Shown here in pieces: positions 44,559-53,998 of a stretch of DNA of 64,000 nucleotides (position 1 is its first letter; each line of letters begins with the position of its first letter). This stretch comes from a bacterium (GTDB lineage: Bacteria > SZUA-182 > DTGQ01 > JAFGSM01). A program made the position numbers and the translations under genes. The DNA is taken from positions 1 through 64,000 of the forward strand of contig JBLIRN010000009.1 of NCBI GenBank assembly GCA_049472315.1. Direction: 5' to 3'. The notes beneath the pieces were generated by a model, which did no database searches, had not been told where the DNA came from, and saw nothing but the letters and a program-made list of their open reading frames with translations.

Positions 44559-45357
44559 GCTGATCCCGATCGTACTGATATTCTTGCTCGTTATAGGCTG
44601 CCTCGGAAGACAAAAGGGTGAAAAGCTTTTTAACCACGCCATAGATCTTTGGACCAAGGGGAAATATACAAAATCCCTGGAAGCCTTTGAGTCCTTTCTC
44701 GATCAATATCCCCATCATCCCTTTTCCCCCGAGGCGAACCTGTGGATTGCGGATATTCGTTACCTGCATATGAACGATTATGTTCAGGCCGTGTATGACT
44801 ATCGCCGGCTGGTGACGAATTATCCGAAGAGCGAATACGCACCGGTCGCCCAGATGAAGATCGCCAAGATCCTCTTCGATGTGCTCTCTGAGCAGCATCA
44901 GGCCATAAGCGAGTATCAGATCTTTTTGAAGCTCTTTCCCAATCATCCGCAGGCCCCGAAGGCCCAATACAGCATTGCGGAGATATTCGCATATCTGGAG
45001 GATTTCAAGCAGGCGATCACCGAGTTCGAGCTCTTTCTGGAGCGGTACCCCCAATCGGACATGAAAATCCATGTCTTTCAGAGGCTGGGGGAGCTCTATT
45101 GCCTGGAGAACATGTATGACGATGCCACCAAATACCTCAAGACCGCCCTGCAGTTGTCCGACGATGAGGATATGAAGACACGCATCACCAAGGGTATGGC
45201 GGACTGCTATATAAATCAAGGTGAACTTGCCAAGGGACTGGAGCTCTATGAAGGGATGCTCAAGAATGATCCCCAGAATGAGACCTTAATGCATCGGGTG
45301 GAAAGCCTGAGGACCCAGCTCAAGATCTCGACCGCGGACCAGAAGTATAAATGGTAG
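44545..45357 (+). CDS. TPR lipoprotein (BamD/YfiO-like repeats)
   Basis: Lipobox VIGC; repeated 'F...YP.....A...IA' TPR units. Confidence 0.75.
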   Translation: MMRNRLIPIVLIFLLVIGCLGRQKGEKLFNHAIDLWTKGKYTKSLEAFESFLDQYPHHPFSPEANLWIADIRYLHMNDYVQAVYDYRRLVTNYPKSEYAPVAQMKIAKILFDVLSEQHQAISEYQIFLKLFPNHPQAPKAQYSIAEIFAYLEDFKQAITEFELFLERYPQSDMKIHVFQRLGELYCLENMYDDATKYLKTALQLSDDEDMKTRITKGMADCYINQGELAKGLELYEGMLKNDPQNETLMHRVESLRTQLKISTADQKYKW

Positions 45358-45371
45358 ACCAATCCGCGAGA

Positions 45372-45400
45372 TTGACAGAGATCCGTTCCGATGATACCCT
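45372..45400 (+). promoter_or_regulatory. sigma70 promoter for serS
   Basis: TTGACA-N17-TACCCT with extended TG. Confidence 0.55.
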
Positions 45401-45445
45401 TATACGTCGAAATTTCCTTTGTGCCAACGGATGCGAGGATTTTCC

Positions 45446-46723
45446 ATGCTTGATAAACGGTTCGTAAGGGAACACTTTGACCACGTCAGGGAAAAAATCG
45501 CCCAGAGGGGCATTGATGTTGGGCTGGAATCCTTTGCCCAAAAGGACACGGAGAGGCGGGAGCTCCTGCAAAGGAGCGAGGAGTTGCGGCATACAAAGAA
45601 TGTGGTGTCCGAACAAATCGGCGGCATGATGAAGAGGAAGGAGGACGCCTCGGTCCTCATCGCCCGGATGAAGGATGTCTCCGAGGAGATACGAGGCATC
45701 GAGGAACGCCTCAAGGGTATCGACGCCGCCATAGAGGAACTCTTTCTTTCCATTCCCAATGTTCCCCATGAATCCGTCCCTGTGGGAACCGATGCGCGCG
45801 ACAACGCCGTGGTGAAGACCTGGGGCGAGCCGGCGGAATTCCCCTTCCAGCCGAGACCCCATTGGGAAATAGGGGACATCCTCGGTATTATCGATTTCGA
45901 ATGCGCCGCAAAGATCTCCGGTGCGCGATTCGCCCTGCTAAAGGGAACCGGGGCCCGCCTGGAGCGGGCGCTCATCAGCTTCATGCTGGACCTTCATATC
46001 AAGGAACACGGCTACACCGAGGTACTTCCGCCTCTTTTGGTGAATGCGGACAGCATGTTCGGAACCGGCCAACTCCCCAAGTTCGAACAGGACCTTTTTC
46101 GAACAAGCGACGGCACCTATTACCTCATCCCAACCGCCGAGGTGCCGGTCACCAACATCCACAGGGATGAGATATTGGATGGGAGCACCCTTCCCCGGAA
46201 ATATGTCTCCTTTACCCCCTGCTTCAGAAGCGAGGCGGGCTCCTACGGAAAGGACACCCGGGGTCTTATCAGACAGCACCAGTTCGACAAGGTGGAGCTG
46301 GTGAAGTTCTCCCGGCCGGAGCATTCCTATGACGAACTGGAATCCCTGCTCCTCAATGCGGAGGAGGTATTGAAGCGGCTCGATATCCCCTATCGCGTGG
46401 TCTCCCTGTGCACCGGGGATCTTGGTTTCTCGGCTGCAAAGACATATGATATAGAGGTGTGGGTACCCAGCCAGGGGGTCTACCGTGAGATCTCTTCCTG
46501 CAGCAACTTCGAGGATTTTCAGGCGAGAAGGGCGAAGATCCGGTTCAGGGACGGGTCCTCAGGAAAAACGGAGCTGGTGCATACCCTCAACGGATCGGGA
46601 CTGGCCGTAGGCCGCACCATGGTGGCGGTGCTGGAGAACTATCAACAGGAAAACGGCGAGGTGGTCATTCCGGAGGCCCTGCGGCCCTATATGGATGGAA
46701 TGGAGCGAATCGTCCGTCCGTAG
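45446..46723 (+). CDS. serS: Serine--tRNA ligase
   Basis: MLD start, [55 protein letters not shown]. Confidence 0.97.
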   Translation: MLDKRFVREHFDHVREKIAQRGIDVGLESFAQKDTERRELLQRSEELRHTKNVVSEQIGGMMKRKEDASVLIARMKDVSEEIRGIEERLKGIDAAIEELFLSIPNVPHESVPVGTDARDNAVVKTWGEPAEFPFQPRPHWEIGDILGIIDFECAAKISGARFALLKGTGARLERALISFMLDLHIKEHGYTEVLPPLLVNADSMFGTGQLPKFEQDLFRTSDGTYYLIPTAEVPVTNIHRDEILDGSTLPRKYVSFTPCFRSEAGSYGKDTRGLIRQHQFDKVELVKFSRPEHSYDELESLLLNAEEVLKRLDIPYRVVSLCTGDLGFSAAKTYDIEVWVPSQGVYREISSCSNFEDFQARRAKIRFRDGSSGKTELVHTLNGSGLAVGRTMVAVLENYQQENGEVVIPEALRPYMDGMERIVRP

Positions 46724-46900
46724 AGGAATGTGGATAACATTCCGGATAGAGAAATCATATCGGGGCAAGGGGATATTGTCCCGACCTCGGTAAGCATGTA
46801 GAATGAGGACCTTCGTGGGGTAGGATAGACACGTTGCGATGCCGTACCTTCACAATGCATGTACTACACGAAAAAATAAAACGGTATTGTCTTAGCGGTT

Positions 46901-46986
46901 GGAGGGATGGCCGAGTGGTTTAAGGCGGCGGTCTTGAAAACCGTTGACCGAAAGGTCCGCAGGTTCGAATCCTGCTCCCTCCGCCA
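46901..46986 (+). tRNA. tRNA-Ser (anticodon UGA)
   Basis: GGAGGGA acceptor stem, GCGGT-CT-TGA-AA-ACCGT anticodon arm, long variable arm, GGTTCGAATCC, encoded CCA. Confidence 0.95.
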
Positions 46987-46994
46987 ACCTTTAA

Positions 46995-47253
46995 AACAAT
47001 ATGAAGAGTTCGTGAAGCAACAAAAGGCTCACGGAATTACCAACAATATGAACCGCTCGGGGAAGCATAAAAAAGCTCACGGAATTAATAATAATATCAG
47101 GATAAGGTACTTGCGGGGGTACAAAGACTCCTGGAATTGAGTTAGAATATAAAGCGCTCGCGGCCACATAAGAGCCCACGAAATTCGGTGAAAAGCAAAA
47201 GCGCTCGCGGAGGCACAAACGACACACGGAATTCAGCGCAAATCAAACGCTTG
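46995..47253 (+). repeat. Degenerate ~48-bp tandem repeat, 5 units plus a partial sixth
   Basis: CACGGAATT-like core at 47030, 47078, 47130, 47177, 47225; shared AACAATATGAA (units 1-2) and AAAGCGCTCGCGG (units 4-5). Confidence 0.7.
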
Positions 47254-47255
47254 TA

Positions 47256-47294
47256 CTTTTCATAGAACTCCCCTTTACAGTAGTAGCATTTCAT
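47256..47294 (-). pseudogene. N-terminal remnant of a YgiT/MqsA-type zinc-finger protein
   Basis: MKCYYCKGEFYEK, then runs into the repeat array with no second CxxC. Confidence 0.45.
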
Positions 47295-47489
47295 AGTTCC
47301 GGCAAGAAAATGAGCTTGGTTCCCAGCCAAATTTTATCAATGAGTACGATATTTGTCCGCCGATCCCTACGCCCAGACATATGTAGAACCATGCAAAACA
47401 AGGCGTAAGGAATAGTCTCGCAGCGATCCATGTGCCACCACCTGTCCATGAATATCCTGACTGGGCAGGAATGCAAGAGTCAAATTCCC

Positions 47490-47543
47490 TGTAGGCCGGA
47501 TCCGGGTGTGTGGGAAGATGATTTTATAAGGAGGAAGATATGA
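47490..47543 (+). pseudogene. C-terminal remnant of a DUF4258-like toxin
   Basis: CRPDPGVWEDDFIRRKI* resembles the family tail (T)AYRPDP..W..DF.RR; ATGA overlap with the next gene. Confidence 0.6.
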
Positions 47544-47755
47544 CAAAGAGGCGTCATAGAAAACTCGTGCACGAGGGTGAATATGTCGCAGAAGTTGATG
47601 TAGAACTTCTTGATACTGGTGATGGATGGTCACCATATCTTTCCCTCGAAGACGCCCAAAAACTAGATGATGTGAGGGAGGCACTGCGAGAAGGCGCCAT
47701 CCGGAGAGCAGCAAAACTTGCCCGAGTATTTAGACATACACCAGTATCAAGTTAA
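47540..47755 (+). CDS. Conserved 71-aa protein, usual downstream partner of DUF4258-like genes (putative antitoxin)
   Basis: AAGGAGG RBS; K.VHEGEYVAEVDVEL.....WSPYLSLEDA.KLDDVREALR.G. Confidence 0.75.
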   Translation: MTKRRHRKLVHEGEYVAEVDVELLDTGDGWSPYLSLEDAQKLDDVREALREGAIRRAAKLARVFRHTPVSS

Positions 47756-47786
47756 AGCAAGCCCTTCACCAGGCAGGGAACGCGCA

Positions 47787-47905
47787 ATGGATTTTGCCGT
47801 AGGCTCTTTGGTCAACGCCCGGGGAAGCGTGTGAGTGGTGCTTCGCGACTCACAAAAAGACCTTCTTCTCCTGGCGCTCGATCGTTCGGCTGTTCGGATA
47901 ATCAT
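47787..47905 (+). pseudogene. N-terminal remnant of an SNF2-family helicase with in-frame stop and frameshift
   Basis: MDFAVGSLVNARGSV*VVLRDSQKDLLLL, then shifted frame RSFGCSDN; compare M.FAVGSLVRARGREWVVLP.S..DLL.LRPLGG. Confidence 0.65.
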
Positions 47906-47941
47906 CGCAGACGATGTGCGGACGGGCAAAACCACATTCCA

Positions 47942-47970
47942 TTGCCTTCTGGGCGAAATTTTGGTATAAA
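47942..47970 (+). promoter_or_regulatory. Candidate promoter for tRNA-Ser(GCU)
   Basis: TTGCCT-N17-TATAAA with extended TG. Confidence 0.45.
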
Positions 47971-48121
47971 GGTGGCTGCCGAATGTGTAGTATTTTGGTG
48001 TGAAGGGAGATTTCATCGGCGTTTCGAGTTCGTAATGACCGGGTCAACCAGCATGATGGATTATCGTGCCGGTACGTACAATCCGGGTAAATGGCATTTA
48101 ATACAAGGACATATTTTGGAT

Positions 48122-48214
48122 GGAGAGGTGGCCGAGCCGGCTTAAGGCGCACGCCTGCTAAGCGTGTGGGTGGGTAAAACTGCCTCGAGGGTTCGAATCC
48201 CTCCCTCTCCGCCA
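48122..48214 (+). tRNA. tRNA-Ser (anticodon GCU)
   Basis: GGAGAGG acceptor stem, CACGC-CT-GCT-AA-GCGTG arm, long variable arm, GGTTCGAATCC, CCA. Confidence 0.95.
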
Positions 48215-48455
48215 TATCTAATGGCCTTATAGCCCCTTTACAGTCTGATTCAATTTTCTATTCCATTATCGAGTCCTTCCCAGACGGATCGCTTTGCAGT
48301 ACTGGCGTGCATTCAGTGTGTGGTGGCCGCGTGTGATGTTTTTTGACCGGAAACTATAGTAAGATACATATACAGAGTGGGATTGTGGGCCTTTTCATAT
48401 TCGTGAGAGGAGCACAGTGCGAAGCTGCGCTTCGCCTGGCACGCTTGGTTGATCG

Positions 48456-49253
48456 ATGATCAAACGGGATGACCTTTTTGTATCGATCGTGAATGGACCG
48501 TCCGGTGATTCGCTGTTCAGTGCGAATCACCCCGGCGACATCAATATGGAGATCCCCACCTTCTATTCCCCGGCCCTGCTGGACGGGGATTGGATGTCGT
48601 ACGCAAGCAGGATCCGGCGCATGCTCGAAAAAAACGGCTGCACCTGCGGACTCCATGGCCCCTTTTACGACCTCGCCTACCATTCGCCTGATCCGTTGAT
48701 CCGGGAGGTGGCTGAGAAGCGGCTTCGGCAGGGGCTTAGGATAGCTGCGGAGCTCAATGCGAGATACATCGTATTCCACAGTACGTACAATCAGTTCGTG
48801 GTGGAACCGGATTATTGGAAGAAATGGCCTAAAACCGCTCTAAGGGGACTGCATGGGGTGCTGGAGGATGCGGAGAAACGGAAAATTCCCATTGTCATTG
48901 AAAATATATGGGATGACAGACCCGAGGCCATCAGGGGACTTCTGGACCTGGCATCCTCGGAATATCTGAAGGCCTGCATCGACGTGGGCCATTTCAACCT
49001 TTTTTCGAAGGCCCCCTTGAAGGACTGGCTGGAGGTCCTGTCCGGAGATATCGCCCATTTTCATCTGCACAACAATTTCGGAAGGCTCGATGAACACAAC
49101 AGCCTGGAGAGCGGGAGCTTCGATTTTGTGCAACTCTTTCGTCTCATTGGCGAGCACGCCATCAGGGCGACGTATACCATCGAGATTCAAAGGATCGAGG
49201 GCATAGACACAAGCATCAGGTTTCTTCATGAATTGGGGGCATTGAAACCCTAA
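48456..49253 (+). CDS. Sugar phosphate isomerase/epimerase (xylose isomerase-like TIM barrel)
   Basis: LHGPFYDL, IVFH, VIENIW, CIDVGH, HFHLHNN.G..DEH, TIE. Confidence 0.85.
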   Translation: MIKRDDLFVSIVNGPSGDSLFSANHPGDINMEIPTFYSPALLDGDWMSYASRIRRMLEKNGCTCGLHGPFYDLAYHSPDPLIREVAEKRLRQGLRIAAELNARYIVFHSTYNQFVVEPDYWKKWPKTALRGLHGVLEDAEKRKIPIVIENIWDDRPEAIRGLLDLASSEYLKACIDVGHFNLFSKAPLKDWLEVLSGDIAHFHLHNNFGRLDEHNSLESGSFDFVQLFRLIGEHAIRATYTIEIQRIEGIDTSIRFLHELGALKP

Positions 49254-49279
49254 GCAACCGTGAAACAGGAGAGCGGGGC

Positions 49280-49882
49280 ATGGAACATACCATTGAAAAT
49301 GCAGCGCGCAGGATCGTCGGCGAGTCCATAAAGGTGCATCAGGATATCCTGGATGGCTCGATGGACCCGCTGGCTGCGGCAACCGAAATGCTGGTCAGGG
49401 CACTCAAGCAGGGGAACAAGGTCCTCTTTTTCGGCAATGGGGGGAGTGCTGCGGATGCCCAGCATCTTGCCGCCGAGCTGGTGAACCGATTCCTTTTCGA
49501 CAGACCGGCCCTTCCCGGCATCGCCTTGACCACCGATACCTCCGTGCTCACCAGCATCGCGAATGACTCCGATTACACCATGATCTTCAGCCGCCAGGTA
49601 GAGGCATTGGGCAGGGAGGGCGACGTCGCCTTCGGCATAACCACCAGCGGATCATCGGGGAATGTGCTTGCGGGGTTGAAAAAGGCGCGGGAGCGGGGAA
49701 TGGGAACCATTGCACTGATCGGCGGGAGAAACGTGGAATCCCTGCGTGATTCCGTTGACGTGGTGATTTCCGTTCCCTCCACCAGCACACCAAGGATTCA
49801 GGAGGCGCATATCATGATCGGCCATATCCTGTGCGAATTGGTTGAAGAACAAATGTTTTCGAATTTCAGGGAAGGGTGCTGA
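49280..49882 (+). CDS. gmhA: D-sedoheptulose 7-phosphate isomerase
   Basis: GNGGSAADAQHLAAEL, TSIAND, FSRQVEALG, TSGSS.NV, TPRIQEAH. Confidence 0.95.
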   Translation: MEHTIENAARRIVGESIKVHQDILDGSMDPLAAATEMLVRALKQGNKVLFFGNGGSAADAQHLAAELVNRFLFDRPALPGIALTTDTSVLTSIANDSDYTMIFSRQVEALGREGDVAFGITTSGSSGNVLAGLKKARERGMGTIALIGGRNVESLRDSVDVVISVPSTSTPRIQEAHIMIGHILCELVEEQMFSNFREGC

Positions 49883-50838
49883 CCATGGACGAGAGGGCAG
49901 GGCTGCCGAAGATCAGGACCACGTCGATACGGGAACGGAAAAGCAGGGTGCGGATAGAGGACTTTTCCCGTCCGCTGGATCCGGGCCTTCGTATCGCCCC
50001 CTTTTTCGACCATCTCCCCAATATCCTTGCAGGAAAAACGCTCCGGGGGATCATCAGCGCGGTTGCCCGCGCCCATGCGGAGAAACGGGGGATCATCTGG
50101 GCGATGGGTGCGCATGTCATAAAGTGCGGGCTTTCCCCCATATTGATCGATCTCATGGAGCGGGGACTTATCACCACCCTTGCCCTGAACGGGGCGGGGC
50201 TCATACACGATTTCGAGATCGCCCTGTTCGGAGAGACCTCGGAGGATGTGGAAGAAGGCCTGAACAAGGGGGAATTCGGCATGGCCGCGGAGACTGGGGA
50301 GTTGCTGAACAAGGCCATCAATACGGGGGTGGAGGCAGGCTCGGGCATCGGGGAGGGGGTGGGCCGCTGGCTGGCGGAGCACGGCCCTCAATTCCGCGCA
50401 TACAGCCTGGTGGCACGCGCCTATGACATGGGGATACCGGTGACCGTGCATGTGGCCATAGGCACGGATATCATCCACATGCATCCGAGCGCCGATGGCG
50501 CGCGGATCGGCGAGGGGAGCATGAGGGATTTTCACCGCCTGGTTGCATCCATACAAACCCTCGATGCAGGAGGGATATATTTCAATATCGGCTCCGCCGT
50601 CATACTCCCGGAGGTATTCCTCAAGGCCGTTTCCATGATCGTCAGCGGCGGGGTGCCGCTGAATGATTACGTTACCGTGAACATGGACTTCATCCGGCAC
50701 TATCGTCCCCTTCAAAACGTGGTGAAAAGGCCGGTTGCCGGCAGGGGGAGGGGATACTCCCTCATCGGGCACCATGAACTCCTCATCCCCTTGGTGGCGG
50801 CGGGGATCAGGGAGGAGATTGCTGCAGGGAAGGCATAA
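49876..50838 (+). CDS. Conserved protein with a deoxyhypusine-synthase-like fold
   Basis: MGAHVIKCGLSP, NGAGLIHDFE, TSEDV, PVTVHVAIGTDI.H.HP, GSAVILPEVFLKA, GHHELL. Confidence 0.65.
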   Translation: MLTMDERAGLPKIRTTSIRERKSRVRIEDFSRPLDPGLRIAPFFDHLPNILAGKTLRGIISAVARAHAEKRGIIWAMGAHVIKCGLSPILIDLMERGLITTLALNGAGLIHDFEIALFGETSEDVEEGLNKGEFGMAAETGELLNKAINTGVEAGSGIGEGVGRWLAEHGPQFRAYSLVARAYDMGIPVTVHVAIGTDIIHMHPSADGARIGEGSMRDFHRLVASIQTLDAGGIYFNIGSAVILPEVFLKAVSMIVSGGVPLNDYVTVNMDFIRHYRPLQNVVKRPVAGRGRGYSLIGHHELLIPLVAAGIREEIAAGKA

Positions 50839-51629
50839 TGCGCCTGGACAGCCTGATGTTCGAGCGCGGGATGGTGTCCAGCCGATCGCGCGCCCAGGCG
50901 TTGATTATGGCCGGAAAGGTCTTTGTGGACGGGAGGTGTGAGCAAAAGGCCGGCCATGAGGTGTCCGAGGGTGCAGATATCGAGGTCAGGGGCCTCGATC
51001 ATCCCTATGTCGGCAGGGGAGGGGTAAAACTCGAGGCGGCGATCAGGCGTTTTGCTATCGATTGCACCGGGCTCACCGCATTGGATGTGGGCGCGTCGAC
51101 CGGCGGGTTTACGGATTGCCTCCTGCAGCATGGGGCCGGTAAGGTCTATGCCCTGGACGTCGGCTTCGGACAGCTCGATTGGGGGCTGCGGAATGATCCG
51201 CGCGTGGTAAACCTGGAAAGGGTCAACGCGCGATATGTCACACCTGATCTTATTCCCGAGCGGGTGGATATCGTAACCATCGACTGCTCATTTATCTCCC
51301 TGAAGCTCGTACTGAACGGCATCCTTCCCCTTCTTGCCGAAGGCACGCGGATTATTGCCCTGGTAAAACCCCAGTTTGAGGTTAAAAGGGGTGAGGTGGG
51401 AAAGGGAGGGGTGATTCGGGACCCTTTGCTCCATGAACGGGTGCTCAGGGAGCTGGTTGCGTTTGCGCATGATCGTGACCTTGCCGTGCAGGGAATCATC
51501 CCCTCCCCGATCAAGGGACCGAAAGGGAACAGGGAGTTTTTCATGTGTCTGCTGAAGGGTGCGGCAGGGGAGGTCCCGGAAATGGACCGGGTCATCCGCG
51601 AGGCATTGGGCGAGGCTGAGGCCGGATGA
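50838..51629 (+). CDS. tlyA: TlyA-family rRNA 2'-O-methyltransferase
   Basis: S4 domain RLD...SRSRAQ, YVGRGG.KL, LDVGASTGGFTDCLLQ, LVKPQFE, GNREF. Confidence 0.93.
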   Translation: MRLDSLMFERGMVSSRSRAQALIMAGKVFVDGRCEQKAGHEVSEGADIEVRGLDHPYVGRGGVKLEAAIRRFAIDCTGLTALDVGASTGGFTDCLLQHGAGKVYALDVGFGQLDWGLRNDPRVVNLERVNARYVTPDLIPERVDIVTIDCSFISLKLVLNGILPLLAEGTRIIALVKPQFEVKRGEVGKGGVIRDPLLHERVLRELVAFAHDRDLAVQGIIPSPIKGPKGNREFFMCLLKGAAGEVPEMDRVIREALGEAEAG

Positions 51630-51631
51630 TA

Positions 51632-52363
51632 CTACCGCCCGTACTGAAGCCTCTGTGCGAGGAATTCCGGTAATCCCGCCTGGAGTATCTTTTCCTGGGC
51701 GCCGGTACAGTCGTATTCCAGGCGAATAAATTCCACGCAACGCGCGTCGTCATCATACACCACCAGGCAGGCCCGCCAATCTCCATCCCTGGGCTGGCCT
51801 ATGCTCCCCACATTGATGATATACCGGCATCCCTTTTTGAGGTGAAGGGGGGATTCCTCGTGAACCGTGATGGCGCCCTTAGGTCCTATGCCGATCCCTA
51901 TGGGGGAGTGAGAATGCCCGAGAAAACAAACCGGCTCGTCAAAGGCCGTGAAGTTTTCCCTGGCGTCATCCATGCTCATGATATAGTGCCATGCCCCAGG
52001 AAGGATCGGTGTTGCATGGACGAGGAACATCGTATTCGGTATGTTCACCGAGAGGGGAAGATTGGCGAGGTATGCACGCTCATTCTCATCCAGGGCATCG
52101 GCGGTCCACATAACCGCCTTCCTGGCAAAGGTATTGAAATATTCGATGCTGGTCAATCCCACTGCGGCATGATCGTGATTTCCAGCCAAGGACTCATGCG
52201 CGACCCTCTGCACCTCAGCAATGCACTCCTTGGGGTTCGCCCCGTAACCCACGATATCCCCGAGTGAATAGATGCGGGCATCGGGAAGGCTTTCCATAAA
52301 CCCGAGCGCGGCGTGTAATGCCTCGAGATTGCCGTGTATATCCGAAAACAGAATATGCTTCAT
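51632..52363 (-). CDS. Metallophosphoesterase (calcineurin-like)
   Basis: SDIHGN, GDIVGYG, GNHD, GHSH, NVGSIGQPRDGD. Confidence 0.9.
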   Translation of the reverse strand: MKHILFSDIHGNLEALHAALGFMESLPDARIYSLGDIVGYGANPKECIAEVQRVAHESLAGNHDHAAVGLTSIEYFNTFARKAVMWTADALDENERAYLANLPLSVNIPNTMFLVHATPILPGAWHYIMSMDDARENFTAFDEPVCFLGHSHSPIGIGIGPKGAITVHEESPLHLKKGCRYIINVGSIGQPRDGDWRACLVVYDDDARCVEFIRLEYDCTGAQEKILQAGLPEFLAQRLQYGR

Positions 52364-52524
52364 GACAGCGAGAATAGTGCGTTATTGTTGTACGCTCGCC
52401 CGCAGGAGAGGGCATTTTCCGAGGGGGAGACCATGGGGGAGGAGGTTCCATAGGTGCCATAATAATTGGTCGATATCCTGCGGGAAGGGGGAAGTATGTT
52501 GAGCATTACGTTTCATGCTTGACG

Positions 52525-53043
52525 CTATGCGGTCTTGAGAATATATGCCTTATCCGTGAGCCATGTTAAGATGGTGTCCTCCTGCTTCTGGGTGCTTGAC
52601 AGGATGGTGATCTGGACGCCCTCCCGACGGGACGACTTCAATCCGGACAGGAGCTCATCGAGTATGTCATAGGAATCCAGGTGCGGCAGGAACAGGTCGT
52701 GAGGATAGACGCCGAAATGGGGGACCCTCAGGCCCTCCAGCACATTGATGGTATAGCGCCCGAGTTCCCTGATCATGCCGGGGGCAAGCCTTTTTGGATT
52801 ACCCGCGCCGATGATGAGGAGGAAATGGGCCTTTATCTTGGTCCCGGTAACCACCAGCAGCGATTCGCAGAAGCCGCCCTTCACCTTCTCGTTCAGGATG
52901 AGGTCCGAGATCTGACCATCCAGGATCCAATCCACGTATCCCGCAATGCCCTTTGGCGGTCTGCTGTTGGAAAATATATAGGCGACCAGTACCTGCCCGG
53001 AATAGGTGTGCGCCGGTCTATGTGTGCTCAATGTTAATGTCAT
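52525..53043 (-). CDS. Stand-alone M17 aminopeptidase N-terminal-like domain protein
   Basis: [21 protein letters not shown]....G...ESLL......LLIIGAG; no catalytic domain. Confidence 0.6.
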   Translation of the reverse strand: MTLTLSTHRPAHTYSGQVLVAYIFSNSRPPKGIAGYVDWILDGQISDLILNEKVKGGFCESLLVVTGTKIKAHFLLIIGAGNPKRLAPGMIRELGRYTINVLEGLRVPHFGVYPHDLFLPHLDSYDILDELLSGLKSSRREGVQITILSSTQKQEDTILTWLTDKAYILKTA

Positions 53044-53476
53044 GGTGAGTCTTTGCCTCTTTGTCTTCCTTGATGTTCATCTCCTTGCATATCCTGTCCA
53101 GAATCCCGTTGATAAATCGGCCCGAATCCTTTGTCCCGAAGACCTTCGCGAGCTCGATTGCCTCGTTGATGGTGACCTTCGGTGGAATACCCTCAAAATA
53201 AAGGAGCTCATAGATAGAGAAGCGCAGAAGATTCCGGTCCACTATGGCCATGCGAGTGATATCCCAGTTCTGAGCGAATCGTCGTATCAGGTCGTCGATT
53301 TCCCGCAGATGCTCGATCGTTCCCTTCACCAGAATGGTGGTGAATTCGATGACCTCCGGGTCCGCAGGGGTGATTTCCCAGAACAGGTTCAGGCTCTCCT
53401 CCCAGTTGTCCCGGGTAATGTCCTGCTGAAAGAGCACCTGCAGTGCGAATTCACGAGCCTTTCGTCTCTTGCCCAT
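53018..53476 (-). CDS. nusB: Transcription antitermination factor NusB
   Basis: [39 protein letters not shown]. Confidence 0.96.
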   Translation of the reverse strand: MGKRRKAREFALQVLFQQDITRDNWEESLNLFWEITPADPEVIEFTTILVKGTIEHLREIDDLIRRFAQNWDITRMAIVDRNLLRFSIYELLYFEGIPPKVTINEAIELAKVFGTKDSGRFINGILDRICKEMNIKEDKEAKTHHDINIEHT

Positions 53477-53494
53477 GCGATTTTAAAGACCGAA

Positions 53495-53971
53495 TCAGGC
53501 CTCCCTCCCGAGCTTTTTATAGAGATCGACCATCTCCATTGCGGCCATTGCGGCATCCCATCCCTTATTCCCCGCCTTGGTCCCTGCCCGCTCAATTGCC
53601 TGCTCGATGTTCTCCGTGGTGATGACCCCATAGATGACCGGAATATCCGTTTCCAGGGCAATCTTTGCGATGCCCTTGGTCACCTCGGCGCTGATATATT
53701 CGAAATGGGGGGTGTCCCCGCGGATGACAGCACCCAGGCATATAATGGCATCGTACCTTTTCTGGCGGGCCATGCGTGCGGCTGCATAAGGAATTTCAAA
53801 GGACCCGGGCACCTTCACGATCTGAATGTGCCGCTCCTCCCCTCCGTGCCGGCTCAATGCATCCAGGGCGCCGGCCAGCATCTGGCCGGTGATGAAGTTA
53901 TTGAAACGGCTTACCACAATACCGAAACGAATACCATGCGCATTGAAGTCACCTTGTATGACATCGGGCAT
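53495..53971 (-). CDS. ribH: 6,7-dimethyl-8-ribityllumazine synthase
   Basis: [38 protein letters not shown]. Confidence 0.96.
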   Translation of the reverse strand: MPDVIQGDFNAHGIRFGIVVSRFNNFITGQMLAGALDALSRHGGEERHIQIVKVPGSFEIPYAAARMARQKRYDAIICLGAVIRGDTPHFEYISAEVTKGIAKIALETDIPVIYGVITTENIEQAIERAGTKAGNKGWDAAMAAMEMVDLYKKLGREA

Positions 53972-53998
53972 AACCTCTCTCCTTTTCACAATCATGTA

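Noticed and set aside
46725..46743. Single DnaA box TGTGGATAA inside a 7-bp hairpin after serS
   Set aside because: Isolated, 7 kb from oriC, and could be chance; no cluster to suggest a datA/DARS-like site.
46907..47140. 77-aa ORF starting MAEWFKAAVLKT
   Set aside because: Translation of tRNA-Ser(UGA) plus the repeat array.
46995..47253. CRISPR array interpretation of the 48-bp periodicity
   Set aside because: The conserved core is only ~9-12 nt, the intervening parts resemble each other, and there are no cas genes in the window.
46960..48214. Similar 3' ends of the two tRNAs as attL/attR of an integrated element
   Set aside because: Both are complete tRNAs with different anticodons; no exact duplication and no integrase.
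47850..48215. 121-aa ORF starting MAEREGFEPS
   Set aside because: Typical antisense translation of a tRNA gene.
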